A stretch of DNA of 63,450 nucleotides from NCBI RefSeq assembly GCF_001194135.2, contig NC_068982.1:144761239-144824688 (forward strand). The letters are read 5' to 3'. This stretch comes from Octopus bimaculoides. Taxonomy: Eukaryota. Within the stretch, counting starts at the first letter, position 1, and the number at the start of each line of letters is the position of its first letter. The notes under the pieces are model-generated. The model saw only the letters and a list, made by a program, of their open reading frames with translations. It did no database searches and had not been told where the DNA came from. The translations under genes were made by a program, and so were the position numbers. This document shows positions 1 through 12,472 of this stretch, piece after piece.

Positions 1-80
<80 letters not shown>

Positions 81-90
81 TACACACACA
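1..90. repeat. Compound (TG)n(TA)n(CA)n microsatellite; representative of dozens in the window
   Basis: Direct reading of sequence. Confidence 0.98.
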
Positions 91-307
91 CATGTACATA
101 CATACACAGAGGCACACATTCTTACAGATATACAACTACATATGCACATCTACATATGTGCGTAGACATATGAATGTGCATGTGTGCATGTGTGCGTGTG
201 TACTCCAAAAAGCAAAAGAAATCAGAGGGACTTGGTCATTGATTTAAATTGTATATTTTGTTATCCTCTTTGAATGAATAATAATAATGATAATTATAAT
301 ACTACTA

Positions 308-508
308 AAGGCACAAGGCCTGAAATGTTGGTGGAGGGGGTTAATTGATTACATTGACCCCAGTACTAAACTGGTACTTATTCAACTGACCCTGCAAAAA
401 TGAAAGGCAGAGTTGGCCTCGAAAGTATTTGAATTCAGAATATAAAGAGTTAGGAGAAATGCCACAAAGCATTTTGTCTGGTGCAGTAACTATTCTGCCA
501 GCTCACTT
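308..508 (-). mobile_element. SINE family B (tRNA-like head + conserved core), decayed copy
   Basis: Degenerate match to intact copies at 18573-18806 and 44521-44735 (GAGCTGGCAGAA..GAGTTCAAATTCC..GTCGACTTTGCCTTTCATCC..AAGTACCAG). Confidence 0.85.
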
Positions 509-511
509 CAA

Positions 512-545
<34 letters not shown>

Positions 546-546
546 C

Positions 547-1310
547 ATTTAACATCTGTTGTCCATGCAGGCATGGGTTGGACAGTTTGACCAGGGCTGG
601 TAAGCTGAGGAGCTGCACCAGACTCCAGTCTGATTTGGCATGGTTACTATGGCTGGGTACCCTTCCTAATGACAACCACTCCAAGAGTATAGTGGGTGCT
701 TTTTATGTGCCACCGGCACAGGAGGCAGTCAGGCAGTACTGGTATTGACCACGTTCAAATGGGGCTTTTTATGTACCACCAACACGGGGAGCCAGTCAGG
801 TGGTACTGGCATTGACCCATGCTTGAATGATGCTTATTATGTGCCACCAGCATGGATGCTAGTCAGGCATACTGGCATCGACTATGACTATGATTTCACT
901 TGATTCAACAGGTCTTCTCAAGCACAGTGTATCGCCCAACGATTCAAGGGTACTTTTAAATGGGCTGGTTATGCGATACTTGTATTGGCCACAGCTGCGA
1001 TCTCACTTTACTTGCTGGGTCTTCTCAATCACAGTATATCTCCAAAGGTCCTGGTCTCTTGCCATTGCCTCTTCTACCTGGAATTCTTCACTATACTTGT
1101 AGTCAACCTTCACCTTACTGACAGCATCCCTGTACAGCTCTTACCAACCATTCGTCTATCCCTAGTTTCCACATTGACCACCAGATAAGGGATCAGGGGA
1201 CCCTGTCAGAAGCTTTCTCCAAGTCCACAAAAGCTAAGCACAGAGGTTTATCTTTGGCTAGGTATTTCCCTGCAGTTGCCTTACCATATAGTATCAGTAG
1301 AGCTTCTATC
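547..1310 (-). mobile_element. RTE-type LINE remnant: RT fragment, ORF2 C-terminus and 3' UTR with tail
   Basis: Minus strand translates KDKPLCLAFVDLEKASDRVP*SLIWWSMWKLGIDEWLVRAV then ..EEAMARDQDLWRYTVIEKT; 3' end matches the ...CCATGCTAGCATGGAAAGCGGACGTTAAACGATGATG tail seen elsewhere. Confidence 0.85.
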
Positions 1311-1382
1311 TGGCACAAGTTAATTCCCATTAAAAAAAAAAACATTAAAAAACCAGGATACTTAGAGGTCATAACGGTTTAC

Positions 1383-1442
1383 ATCAAATAAAAGACCTAA
1401 GGACTGAGTCACTTTCTCAACAGGATGTCTTGAAAGAATTTC
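1383..1442 (-). CDS. Candidate exon 7 of unidentified minus-strand gene (EILSRHPVEKVTQSLGLLFD)
   Basis: ttgaaatag acceptor, gtaaac donor, 60 nt open, phase 0-0, fits chain. Confidence 0.3.
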
Positions 1443-1533
1443 CTATTTCAAAGATATTTATATATATTTTTTATAAGTTATTTTCATCTTTTGGGTGTCT
1501 ACCACTGACAAGGCCAATGAAGGCTTAAATCAC

Positions 1534-1577
1534 ATGGTATGGTAGTCCTGGTAGCAGCAATGGTGGTTGAGTATCTC
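1534..1577 (-). CDS. Candidate exon 6 ((G)DTQPPLLLPGLPYH)
   Basis: actagcag acceptor, weak gtgatt donor, 44 nt, phase fits exon at 2317-2363. Confidence 0.28.
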
Positions 1578-1692
1578 CTGCTAGTGATATAAACAAGAGT
1601 GCTTATATGCACCACAAATCCATGGGAGGTTCTCATATGGTAACTATTGCAATATTCTGTGTTCTAATGCCATCATCCACTTTTAAGTGGGG

Positions 1693-1723
<31 letters not shown>

Positions 1724-1726
1724 TAT

Positions 1727-1904
1727 GCGCAGGCATAGCTATGTGGTAAGAAATTTGTTTCCCAACCACATGGTTCCAGGTTCAGTCTCACTGTGTGGCA
1801 CCTTGGGCAAGTGTCTTCTACTATAGCCTCAGGCTGACAAAAGCCTTGTGAGTAGATTTCATAGACAGAAAATTGTAGGAAGCCCATCGCATATATTATA
1901 TGCA

Positions 1905-1963
<59 letters not shown>

Positions 1964-1998
1964 ATGGCTGTAGTCTAATGACTGAAACAAGTAAAAGA
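1727..1998 (+). mobile_element. SINE family A, 5' half joined to 3' tip (internal deletion)
   Basis: Head through aagcccatcg then microsatellite then atgactgaaacaagtaaaag. Confidence 0.8.
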
Positions 1999-2004
1999 TT
2001 ACAT

Positions 2005-2146
2005 CATCATCATCATCGTTTAACGTCCGCTTTCCATGCTAGCATGGGTTGGACGATTTGACTGAGGACTGGTGAAACCAGATGGCTACACCAGGCTCCA
2101 ATCTGATTTGGCAGAGTTTCTACAGCTGGATGCCCTTCCTAACGCC

Positions 2147-2150
<4 letters not shown>
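2005..2150 (-). mobile_element. RTE-type LINE 3' tail, 5'-truncated
   Basis: catcatcatcgtttaacgtccgctttccatgctagcatggg.. identical motif to 63095-63235. Confidence 0.85.
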
Positions 2151-2179
<29 letters not shown>

Positions 2180-2316
2180 AGAAAGACGAAGCAAGAATTT
2201 ATTAGCTAAAAGACTAGAATTGATAAAAAGAATAACATTCCAACATCCTTGTGTGTAGGTTATGTATTTTTTAATGATGCTTAATCAATAAAATATTTAA
2301 CTCTTTTAATACTAAC

Positions 2317-2363
2317 CCATCTGAAACAGCTTCTGTCTTTGAGACAAAGCCACTCGTTCTAAG
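2317..2363 (-). CDS. Candidate exon 5 ((H)LERVALSQRQKLFQM)
   Basis: ataaacag acceptor, gttagt donor, 47 nt, frame continuous with 2885-2946. Confidence 0.42.
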
Positions 2364-2884
2364 CTGTTTATATTTAAATAAAGCCCACTGTCGTAATTTC
2401 ACATAAAATATTTTCAAGTTATGTTCCAAATAAATATCAGTTTTAGTAAATCTTTTGTTGATTATTTCCAAAATTAATTGAAACATGAGGACAGAATTTT
2501 TCATCAGCATAATAATGCTACAAAAGGGTTTATATACTGAATAATGGTTGGATGATACTATAAATTTACAAAGGAGCAGGGATTATATGGAACATATATT
2601 TATTGACTTAGATGCTCATTAAAAAGCTAACTATGCAAAAAAAAAAAAAAGAGGGTGGGGTTAGTTAGCAGAGGAGCTTTAATGTAGACACTTGATAAGC
2701 TCAGCGTAGCAGCCAAATTTCAGTAAACCCCTTATTTATAGCCTATCAAATGAATACCATATGTTTTAATCTTTAGATTTCAGAATTACATGATAAAAAT
2801 AATGACAGAAATGCCAAGCATTGAAATTCTGATTGAGTGTTTCTTTTAATATTTACTCTCTTTCTCTCAATGAAACACATTCAC

Positions 2885-2946
2885 TGAAACAAATCTGACT
2901 CTTCGAGTCTACTTCTGCTGCTACTCAAGGCTCTATGACACAAAAC
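2885..2946 (-). CDS. Candidate exon 4 (VLCHRALSSSRSRLEESDLF)
   Basis: ttttagaattacag acceptor, gtgaat donor, 62 nt, phase fits both neighbours. Confidence 0.42.
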
Positions 2947-3159
2947 CTGTAATTCTAAAATTTTCATATTTAAATTAAAATCTGTTGTGGCAAGAGCCAT
3001 TGCCACCCCTGACGGATTGCACCTCCACTGCATAATTCATCTATACCACCCTGTGACAGGATATGAAAAATCTGTGAGAACCTATTCTAAAGTTATGTTC
3101 TAAATACCTTTTTATTAATGCAAAAGTTATTTTTATATATCCTTTGAAATTCTTGATTA

Positions 3160-3210
3160 TTGTGAGTGGATTTGGTAGACAGAAACTGAAAGAAGTCTGT
3201 CGTATATATG

Positions 3211-3258
<48 letters not shown>

Positions 3259-3470
3259 TTTGTGTGTCTGTGTTTGTCCTCCCAGCATCACTTGACAACC
3301 AATGCTGGTGTGTTTACGTCCTTGTAACTTAGCGGTTCAGCAAAAGAGACTGATAGAATAAGTACTAGGCTTACAAAGAATAAGTCTTGGGATCGATTTG
3401 TTCGACTAAAGGCGGTGCTCCAGCACAGCCACTGTCAAATGACTGAAACAAGTAAAAGAGTAAAAAGAGA
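3160..3470 (+). mobile_element. SINE family A, 5'-truncated
   Basis: Match to full copies at 11037-11434 and 15633-16032. Confidence 0.9.
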
Positions 3471-3574
3471 GAGAAATATTTGGACAATATATTTTCATTA
3501 GAAATAATGATGAATGACTTCTAATAAAAATATATATTGTCCATATATTCCAATTAATTTTTGAAAAATAGATG

Positions 3575-3778
3575 AGCTGGCAGAATCATTTGCATATTGA
3601 GCAAAATTCTTAGTGCCATTTCATCCCTCATTGTGTTCTGAGTTAAAATTCTGCTGAGGTCAACTTTGCCTTTCATCATTTCAGGGTAGATAAAATAGGT
3701 ACTAGTTAAGCACTGAAGTCAATGTAATCGACTTAACCCCTCCCCCAAACTTGCTGGCCCTGTGCCAAAATTTGAAAC
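3575..3778 (+). mobile_element. SINE family B, CpG-decayed copy
   Basis: gagctggcagaatc..ctgctgaggtcaactttgcctttcatc..ggccctgtgcc. Confidence 0.85.
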
Positions 3779-5077
3779 CAATATATTTTCATTAGACATA
3801 TAACAAGGGTGATCATGGCTGACCGAGGGTTAAATACCAACAGCAAAGAGCAGGAAATGGGAGTGGCTTTTATGCTCAGTTGATGCTACACAGACAAGCA
3901 AAATTATTTATCCTTAAATATAAAATTCAATTTTGAAACAAATGTTACATTCTATAAATTTGTAGAATGTCGCACAAAGTTCCTATTATGTTCTTTCTCT
4001 CCTGCTAGTGTATCTCTGATGAGGGGTTTCTTTGTGCTTTTTACAGCCTTATGGCATCCATTTATTTTCTTTAATTTATTCATTTTCTTGTTTTAATAAT
4101 CATATTTTGATTCTGTTCAGGAAGTGATGAGTTAACAGTAGAGTTGTGGGACATAGGTTCAATCTCTAGTTGAATACTGATCATTTTAAATCACTTATAA
4201 TATGGCAGTGATTTTAAGTTTGTTCACAATGCATGGTAGCACCTTGGCCAAGTGACTTCTTCACGGTGGTAGAAATACTGAATCAGCACTCCAGTTGAAT
4301 CTATTTACTATATTCTCAAAAACTTTTGATTGAATTTTTGTTTTTAGCTGGAGAGGTAAAAATATCAAACAGCAATTGTTAGGAAGTCCCAAAGAAAGCT
4401 GTTTAATTAATACTACAAATACAATGGCTTCTGTCAATATAAATTAAATCACGAAGGAGTGTATTGTTATTTGGAACTGGAAAAAAAAATTAGAAATAAT
4501 AAAAATATTTTATAACTATTATAAAAGCAGTTATTACAAATTGTTTAATGAAATGTTTCTTAAAAGCATTCCTTATATTTCATAAATATTATGAGGGGGT
4601 TTAATTAACATAATTAAACACACATTAATAATTTTTCAAGGCAGCAAGCTGACAGAAGTGGTTGAGCATCAGTGTAAATACATCACAATACTTAGTATAG
4701 TCTAGCTTGATTTTTGTCTTTCATCCATCTGGAAAGGAAGTGGGAAGGTGAATCAATAAAATAAATACTAGTAAAAGTACAAACACCAGTAGCATTATGG
4801 GACTCTTGGAACATTGAGGGAGCCTCCAAGTGGCTACTCGGCTTGCTAGAAATAGCAGCCAAATCTCTTTTAAACTACATCCTATTGTTTTGAAAAAGAG
4901 CAGGTCATGTTGGATTATATATTCTTAAATACCTTAAAAAAAAAAAAAAGATAGCTCTGGTTGATACATCTTTCATTAAGTTAACCTGAGGCTAAACAAT
5001 AGGAGTGTTGGTTTCATTTACCATATTCTTGCTCTTGGAAGACTTGGGCTTCTTTCTTGTTGAAAGTTATCAATATT

Positions 5078-5312
5078 TCTTATTCTTTACTGCTCACAAG
5101 GGGCTACACACGGAGGGAACAAACAAGGACAGACAAATGGATTAAGTCGATTATATTGACTCCAGTGCTTAACTGGTACTTATTTAATCGACCCCGAAAG
5201 AATGAAAGGCAAAGTCGACCTAGGCGGAATTTGAACTCAGAACGTAGCAGCAGATGAAATACCGCTAAGCATTTCACCTGGTGTGCTAATGTTTCTGCCA
5301 GCTCACTGCCTT
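5078..5312 (-). mobile_element. SINE family B, tail variant B2
   Basis: Shares tail (ttgcccacaaggggctaaac..acaaggacagac) with 18573-18806, 44967-45192, 59941-60160. Confidence 0.9.
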
Positions 5313-6039
5313 GTTATCAATATTTCTATAGCAATGGGTGGTAGAAACTTGGACAAATCACCCTACAATGTTTAGTTATGGATCCTTACTTTTTGAGTTC
5401 AAATCATGCCACTATCAACATCAACTTACTTTTCATCCTTCCTTTTTTTGTATTTCTTAGCCCGGAGGGAAACTAAGTGAAATAACTCAGAATGGCGAGT
5501 GGCATATAGATGAACAATACAGACAAATACAGGTATATCATATACAACATAAATTCTCGATTTATTGAAATTACTTTCATCTCTAGCAGATGTGTCACAA
5601 TTACTGAATGGCAATTGGTATGTGACTCACCTACTTCCATTCTCTTGTACTGCCATCTTCATCAATCAACTTTCCCTGTCCTTAAGAGATTATACGGCTT
5701 AGAAGTAGACTAGTAGACTTTTTGTTAACTCTCATCTCCCCCTCTTCTACTGCTAGTCATCTCTCTATTTGCTCTACCTGCCATTTCACTCTTGCTCCTT
5801 TTCACCCTCACATCATGGCTCTCACTCTATCTCTTGCATCACATTGCTTTCCATCATTGATCTATCTTTTTGCTCATATTGCCATGACTGTGCATAGTTG
5901 CAGTGTTGGATTAACTATTAAGCAAAATCAGCACGTGCTTAGAGCATCAAGGGAAGGAGAGGGGGGCACCACAGAAATGGTAAATGGTTTACGGCACAAA
6001 AGAAATCACTGTAAACTTGCTAAAATAATATTTGGGATG

Positions 6040-6315
6040 CCTTTATCTCTACTAAGTATAGATGCAGATGTGTTACCTAAGATTAATTTTGAGGATCTGC
6101 AATTCAAAAAAAGTAGGAGGAAACTTTTCAAATAAATAAAGTGTAAGTATACAAAAATAAACGTTATTTTCCCTCTTACTGTTTTGTTTTGTTTTGAAAA
6201 ATAAAAATTTATTTTATGGTTTGTTATTGTTTATATTTTGAATTACTTAATCTTTTATGGGGGCACCAAAATCTTTTAAGTGCTTAGGGTCTTGATAGGT
6301 CTTAACCCAGCCCTG
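6040..6315 (+). mobile_element. hAT transposon remnant (C-terminal dimerisation-domain-like peptide + 3' end)
   Basis: GMPLSLLSIDADVLPKINFEDLQFKKSRRKLFK* resembles hAT dimerisation-domain ends; finishes ..acccagccctg (CAG-type terminus). Confidence 0.55.
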
Positions 6316-6722
6316 CATAGTTGCCTCAAAATGCTGAATACTCTTACCATTCATTCCTCTTTTGATTTATCAAACTCATTATCATTCATGCCTCTATCTG
6401 TCTTATCCTTTCTTTCAATTCATTCTACAGAGAGGTTGGTGAGCAAACAAAACTGCAGTCAAGTGGTCCCTTTAGTTATGCCATGGATATGGCTACTGCT
6501 GTGGTCTTAGTGCCATGGAAAAAATGTGCCCAGTTCACTGTGTAAAATGAAATGTTGAAAGGACCAGTTAGATTGGTCAAGAACATAGTGCCTCCTTAGT
6601 GTTAGTGCCAGTCAGCAAGAAAACAGTTCTCCCACCCATCTAAATGAACAGCAACCATGAATTTGTGCTGACTGCAACTGTGGTGTTCCAGCAAACATAT
6701 GCTAGCATGGAAAAATGGATAT

Positions 6723-6760
<38 letters not shown>

Positions 6761-7409
6761 ATAAGTGCAGATTTTGCAGGTGTGATTTAAAAGTTTACTT
6801 TGCATCCATGTGGTTTTGGATCCAGTTCCACTGCATGGTACCTTGAGCGAGTATTTTCAACTGTAGTCAACCAATGCTTTATGAATGAATTTAATAGAAT
6901 GGAAACTGTGAAGAAGCCTATTGTGTAAGCATACACACACACACACACATGTAGATATGTATGTATCTATGGGTGTGCGAGTGTATGAATGAGTGTATCT
7001 CTTTGTCTTCTCTTGATAGCTGTTTTCTGATAGTTTACAAAGTCACTGTTCATACAAAAGAAAGAAAGAAAAAAACTGTTGTAAACAATTGTTTGACAAC
7101 TGAGCTGTCTGTATTCAAAGGACTGGGGTAACTGCTAAATCATGCAGATAAGGACTTGTTTGGAAAGAGGTAAGAGTCGGCAAGAGGAAGAGCATCTAAC
7201 CAGAGAAAATCTACCTTTTCATCTGACCCATGCAGATATGGATACATGGACCTTAAGAAACAATGATGATAATGATGATGGTGGCATTGGTGGAGGTAAT
7301 GATATATCCATAAATTCGACGACTGGCACCCATTCCAACGTCGTCTCCTTCATTGGAAACAAAACTCGGCTTGCGAAGACTTATTGGGGCAAGCGAAAGC
7401 GAAACCGTC

Positions 7410-7765
7410 AATGGCACCTGTGCCCAGCATTGCTTTCCTGGCACTTGTGCCAGATGGCACGTGTAAAGACATTCAAGCGAGGTCGTTACCAGTGCCGCCG
7501 AACTGGCTCCTGTGCAGGTGGCACATAAAATACACTATTTTGAGTGTGGCCGTTGCCAGTACCGCCTGACTGGCCTTCGTGCAGGTGGCATGTAAAAGCA
7601 CCCACTACACTTTCGGAGTGGTTGGCGTTAGGAAGGGCATCCAGCTGTAGAAACTGCCAAATCAGATTGGAGCCTGGTGCAGCCATCTGGTTTCACCAGT
7701 CCTCAGTCAAATCGTACAACCTATGCTAGCATGGAAAGCGGACATTAAACGACGATGATGATGAT
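7410..7765 (+). mobile_element. RTE-type LINE 3' UTR with ~60-bp internal tandem units and (GAT)n tail
   Basis: Repeated gtggcacgtgtaaa../gccagtaccgcctgactggc units ending atggaaagcggacattaaacgacgatgatg. Confidence 0.85.
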
Positions 7766-8029
7766 ATATCAGAAAAGCTGAGAATAAAGATGATCAAGTT
7801 TTAAAAGGAGAGAATGGATTCCAAAAGAACCATTTCAGTAGAATAACATGAATACAACTTGACATATCAAATAAATAAATAAATATCAATGTAGAAAGTG
7901 GGGTATAGGTAGAATAAATAAATGAAAAAATAAATTGTGATGACAGCAGTGAGTTGAGATTTAGCTCCAGATCAGCCCTGATCAGACAAACCTACCATCA
8001 AAGCCATTCCAGCAATAACCCACTCTCTC

Positions 8030-8233
8030 TTTACTCTTTACTTGTTTCAGTCATTTGACTGCGGCCATGCTGGAGCACCGCCTTTGGTCAAGCAAATCGA
8101 CCTCAGGACTTGTTCTCTAGAAGCCTAGTACTTATTCTATCGGTCTTTTTTGCCGAACCGCTAAGTTACGGGGACGTAAACACACCAGCATCGGTTGTCA
8201 AGCGATGTTGGGGGGACAAACACAGATGCACAA

Positions 8234-8294
<61 letters not shown>

Positions 8295-8454
8295 TACGAC
8301 GGGCTTCTTTCAGTTTCCGTCTACCAAATCCACTCACAAGGCTTTGGTCGGCCCGAGGCTATAGTAGAAGACACTTTCCCAAGATGCCACGCAGTGGGAC
8401 TGAACCCTGGACCATGTGGTTGGTAAGCTAGCTACTTACCACACAGCCACTCCT
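8030..8454 (-). mobile_element. SINE family A, full length, little decay
   Basis: tRNA-like head, ggcatcttgggaaagtgtctt CORE-like segment, internal microsatellite, tail ..gactgaaacaagtaaagag. Confidence 0.95.
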
Positions 8455-9419
8455 ATTTTTTTTTTTTTTTTTTTAACTCCATATTGTTCAATGAAGCCTT
8501 CCTCTTTAACTCTTTAGTTACCATATTTTTGCTGAAATATACTGCTTTTGCTTCAATTAATTTCAAAAATAATGAATTTAAGAAAATAACTTTGGGTCAT
8601 TACTAATCTGGGGTTTAGAATAAAGTCACATGAAATTTTGATGGAAGGATTTAACTTAGACCAGTTTAAAACATGAAGTTTATATCATGAAACCAAAAAC
8701 GGTCTCAGGCCAGCTGGTATCAAAAAGGTGTAGATGGGATGTGAACGAAGAAAGATCTCACTGCTATTTCTAGCAGATCAAGTGACAACATAGAATCGTT
8801 TACTTTGCCATGGGAAGGGAAGCTGTTGGGAGGGTGTTCAGCTGTAAGTAATCCCATTAATTACAATTTATTATAAACTCCTGTACAAATTATAAATCAT
8901 TATGAGCTGTTTCCTTAGCTATATTAGAATTGCAGTTTCTAATTTGTTAAATAAGCTGTTTGGCCTGCAAACAATACAAAATCTGAACATTTTAACTTCT
9001 ATGCTAAGCAGTCACTTAACTAATAAAACCTTGTGATATTTATTGCTTGAGAATACATAATTGCTGAGAATGAAATATTCATTCCGTTTTTTTTTTGTTT
9101 TTAATTTACTAAATTCTTTTTTCATTGTTGGTGTATAAGAAATATTACTGCACACACACACACACTTCCGTGTGTGCATGTGCAAATATGAATACATATG
9201 TACACACACACACACACACTTTGATATGTAGATAGATAAACATATGCATACATATATGCATATATATACATATACACTCTGTAAAGCGTTTGTGTAGGAA
9301 AGACATTCGGCTGCAGAAACCATACCAAAACAGGCATTGGAGCTTCACATTCTGGTTTGTTGGTTACTATCAAACTGTTCATGTTTTTTCATGTTTGTTC
9401 TTCTTTGTTTGGATTGTGT

Positions 9420-9597
9420 AGGAGTGGCTGTGTGTTAAAAAACTTGCTTCCCAACCACAAGGTTCTGGGTTCAGTCCCACAATGTGGTACCTTGGGCAAG
9501 TGTCTTCTGCTAGAGTTTTGGGCCGGCTCAAGCCTTGTGAGTGGATTTGATAGATGCAAACTGAAAGAAGCCTGTTGTGCGTGTGTGTGTGTGTGTG

Positions 9598-9630
<33 letters not shown>

Positions 9631-9830
9631 TAGATCTGTGTTTGTCCCCCACCACCATCGCTTGACAACCGATGTTGGTGTGTAACTGCCTGTAACTGGG
9701 TGGTTGGGCAAAAGAGACCAATAGAATAAGTACTAGGCTTACAAAGAATGAGCCCTGGAGTCGATTTGTTTGACTAAAAGACGGTGCTCCAGCATGGCCG
9801 CAGCCAAATGACTGAAACAAGTAAAAAGAA
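9420..9830 (+). mobile_element. SINE family A, full length
   Basis: Family match. Confidence 0.92.
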
Positions 9831-9844
9831 TAAAAAAGAAGAAC

Positions 9845-10070
9845 ATATATATTATTTTATTCTTTTTCTTGTTTCAGTCATCTGACTGTGGCCTTGCTGG
9901 AGCACCACCTTGACGGGGTTTTAGTTGAACAAATTGACCCCAGGATTTATTTATTAAACCTAATACATATTCTATCAGTCGCTTTTGCCAAACCACTAAG
10001 TTATGAGAATGTAAACACACTAATTCTGGTTGTCAAGCAGTGATGGAGGGACAAACAGACACACACACGT
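9845..10070 (-). mobile_element. SINE family A, 3' half, tail-to-tail with previous copy
   Basis: Family match, heavy CpG loss. Confidence 0.85.
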
Positions 10071-10100
10071 AGATATATACATATATGTATATATATATAT

Positions 10101-10539
10101 GAGGTCTGATCAATAAGTATCCAGACTGTTGTCATAGTAACAAAGCTAAAGCATGCAGAGTGAAGTCACTTGACAAAGATTGACCTCAGACTGTGCTGTG
10201 CATGCTGTTTACAGAGGTCCTTGGAAGGAAGGTGTGTAGCGTGTAATCATTGCATTGACCATGACAGAGAAAGTTGTCATGGTGATACTTGCTCAGAGGC
10301 CTATGCAAAGTTGCAGAAAGTATATAGAGAGAAGTGTATGAGTTGCACACAAATGTACAAGTGGTTCAGACGTTTCCAAGATGGCTGAAAGAATGTCTAT
10401 ATTGGCAAATGTTCTAGGAGACTTGAAACCAGTAGATCTGAGAAAAACATTGAAGATGTGCATGCAGCTGTGAGGCAAAATCGTTGAATCACCATTCATG
10501 AGTTATCAGAGGATGTGCAGATTAGTTATGGTTCAGTTC
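10101..10539 (+). mobile_element. Mariner transposon 5' fragment (TIR + HTH region, disrupted)
   Basis: Starts gaggtctgatcaataagtatccagac after (TA)n; peptide SEAYAKLQKVYREKCMSCTQMYKWFRRFQDG*..EKNIEDVHAAVRQNR*ITIHELSEDVQISYGSV is a mariner N-terminus. Confidence 0.85.
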
Positions 10540-10580
10540 TATATATATATAGAACTGAATATATATATATATATATATAT

Positions 10581-10767
10581 GGGAGAATATACAAATAATA
10601 ACAACAGACGAGGACAGGTGGTGTAAATAACAAAAGTATATATTAGTATGACGCTCGGGAATACGGAAAGTCTTTGACGTTTCGAGCTACGCTCTTCAAC
10701 AGAAAGAATACGGAGACAAGGAGAAAAACACGGAGAAAAAAAATTGAATAGTGTTCAGTCAACGGTC
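10581..10767 (-). mobile_element. ~190-bp Penelope-like/retrozyme-type repeat (family E), copy 1
   Basis: Near-identical to 14109-14301 and 55058-55229; flanked both sides by (TA)n; carries hammerhead motif. Confidence 0.75.
10671..10707 (-). ncRNA. Minimal type I hammerhead ribozyme (variant core), intact copy
   Basis: TCTTT-CTGTTGA-A-GAGC GTA GCTC-GAA-ACGT-C/AAAGA: helix I, core, helix II, palindromic helix III, GUC site. Confidence 0.6.
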
Positions 10768-11036
10768 AATCATATATATATATAGGCTAGGGATTGAACA
10801 CATACCTATTCATAAATTGTTAAAAGTAATGCTTCTGTCATGCACTGACAAGGTAAGCAGAAGCCAAAGTTCTTTCTCACTCTTTCTTCTCTTTAGAAGC
10901 TCTCAGCCAGACCAGGAACCAGCAGAATTGATCATTATCAACTCTAGCTCCAGCACAGTCTTTATTCAAGATAGGTTTCTGTTGAATGTAACATCGATTT
11001 GCTATTCTTGATTTTGCAAGGTTACCACCATATGAT

Positions 11037-11434
11037 AGGCGCAGGAGTGGCTGTGTGGTAAGTAGCTTGCTTACCAACCACATGGTTCCGGGTTCAGTCC
11101 CACTGCGTGGCACCTTCTAGTATAGCCTCAGGCTGACCAAAGCCTTGTGAGTGGATTTGGTAGATAGAAACTGAAAGAAGCCCGTCGTATATATATATAT
11201 ATATATATATATAAATATATATGTATGAGTGTTTGTGTGTCTGTGTTTGTCCCCCCACCATTGCTTGACAACCGATGCTGGTGTGTTTACATCCCCATAA
11301 CTTAGTGGTTCGGCAAGAAGAGACCGATAGAATAAGTACTAGGCTTACAAGGAATAAGTCCTGGGGTCGATTTTCTCGACTAAAGGCGGTGCTCCAGTAT
11401 GGCCGCAGTCATATGACTGAAACAAGTAAAAGAG
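11037..11434 (+). mobile_element. SINE family A, near full length
   Basis: Family match. Confidence 0.95.
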
Positions 11435-11980
11435 TATATGTTGATTAACTTTCTTTTATCTCGAAAGAACTCGAAAGAACTTTATTTCATAACAATACTT
11501 CTACAACTTATTTAACTCTATTATTTTTTTTATGAATGTTACTGAAAATTAAAAAATTCTCTAAATTACTGCCTCATACAAACTAGCACTTTAATAAACT
11601 TTTGGAAGCTAGTACATACTATTTATTGTGTTGAATAATAGTCCTACTTAATCTGATTGAGCCTTTCTTGTGGTGTTGCATAGAAAATATAAGAAAGCTT
11701 ATGATACACACTTTATTGTTATTATTTCTGCCTTTAGCAATTCCTATAATTTCTATAAATAGAAAGGCTGTTTAGCAAATTAGCACACAGGAGAAAAGGA
11801 CCTGTCAGTATACAGAAGATCAGATTATCCATCGAGATTTATTGAGGCAATAAAGTTCTAAAACATAGTGTCACTTCATACTGTTCAACTTTTGACTTCT
11901 AGCATCAGCTGGGTGAAAAATGCTTTTCCAAATTGAAGCGACACATACATAGCTGTAGTCCAAGTGTTTATCATATTTAC

Positions 11981-12059
11981 TTTCTCCCACCATCTGACCA
12001 ACATCAAGCAGGGCGAGTGACAGTATTTGCTAAACGTTAACACTGACCTTATATATCGC
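11981..12059 (-). CDS. Candidate exon 3 (RYIRSVLTFSKYCHSPCLMLVRWWEK)
   Basis: atcttacag acceptor, gtaaat donor, 79 nt; only one frame open and it ends phase 0 as needed by 2885-2946. Confidence 0.42.
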
Positions 12060-12425
12060 CTGTAAGATCAACCAACAGAACTGTGGCTGACTATAACGGG
12101 ACCAAAAAACGTCAATGAAATTCAGTAGCCTTTAAAGGGTGGAGGATTGGCTATTAGAAATAGCAAAGAGGAGAAAGAGATCTGCACTGAGTGAGATCTA
12201 AAACTCAGATTAGTTCTATGCATAAATAAATATGATTGCTACCCAAAACCTGAAAAGCTAATAAGACGCTTGGCTCCAGTTTCAATAGCAATATATGTAT
12301 AGGGGCAAGTTTGTAATTATATTTGCTAACATAATCATGTAATAATCATAATTATTGACAGTATTTATATTTCGTATGCATTATTGTTCGACACACACAT
12401 ATACATATGTTTGATGTGTGTGTGA

Positions 12426-12472
<47 letters not shown>

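Noticed and set aside
2-247. VC/YI/TH/poly-His/poly-Leu ORFs throughout
   Set aside because: Translations of di- and trinucleotide microsatellites
5620-5680. Strong minus-strand donor GTGAGT
   Set aside because: All frames from available acceptors contain stops
7410-7620. Regularly spaced GC-rich repeats resembling a CRISPR array
   Set aside because: Eukaryotic LINE 3' UTR tandem units; no unique spacers or cas genes
10897-10975. Strong plus-strand acceptor with open frame (SSQPDQEPAELIIINSS..)
   Set aside because: Weak donor, no partner exon found, opposite to the exon chain
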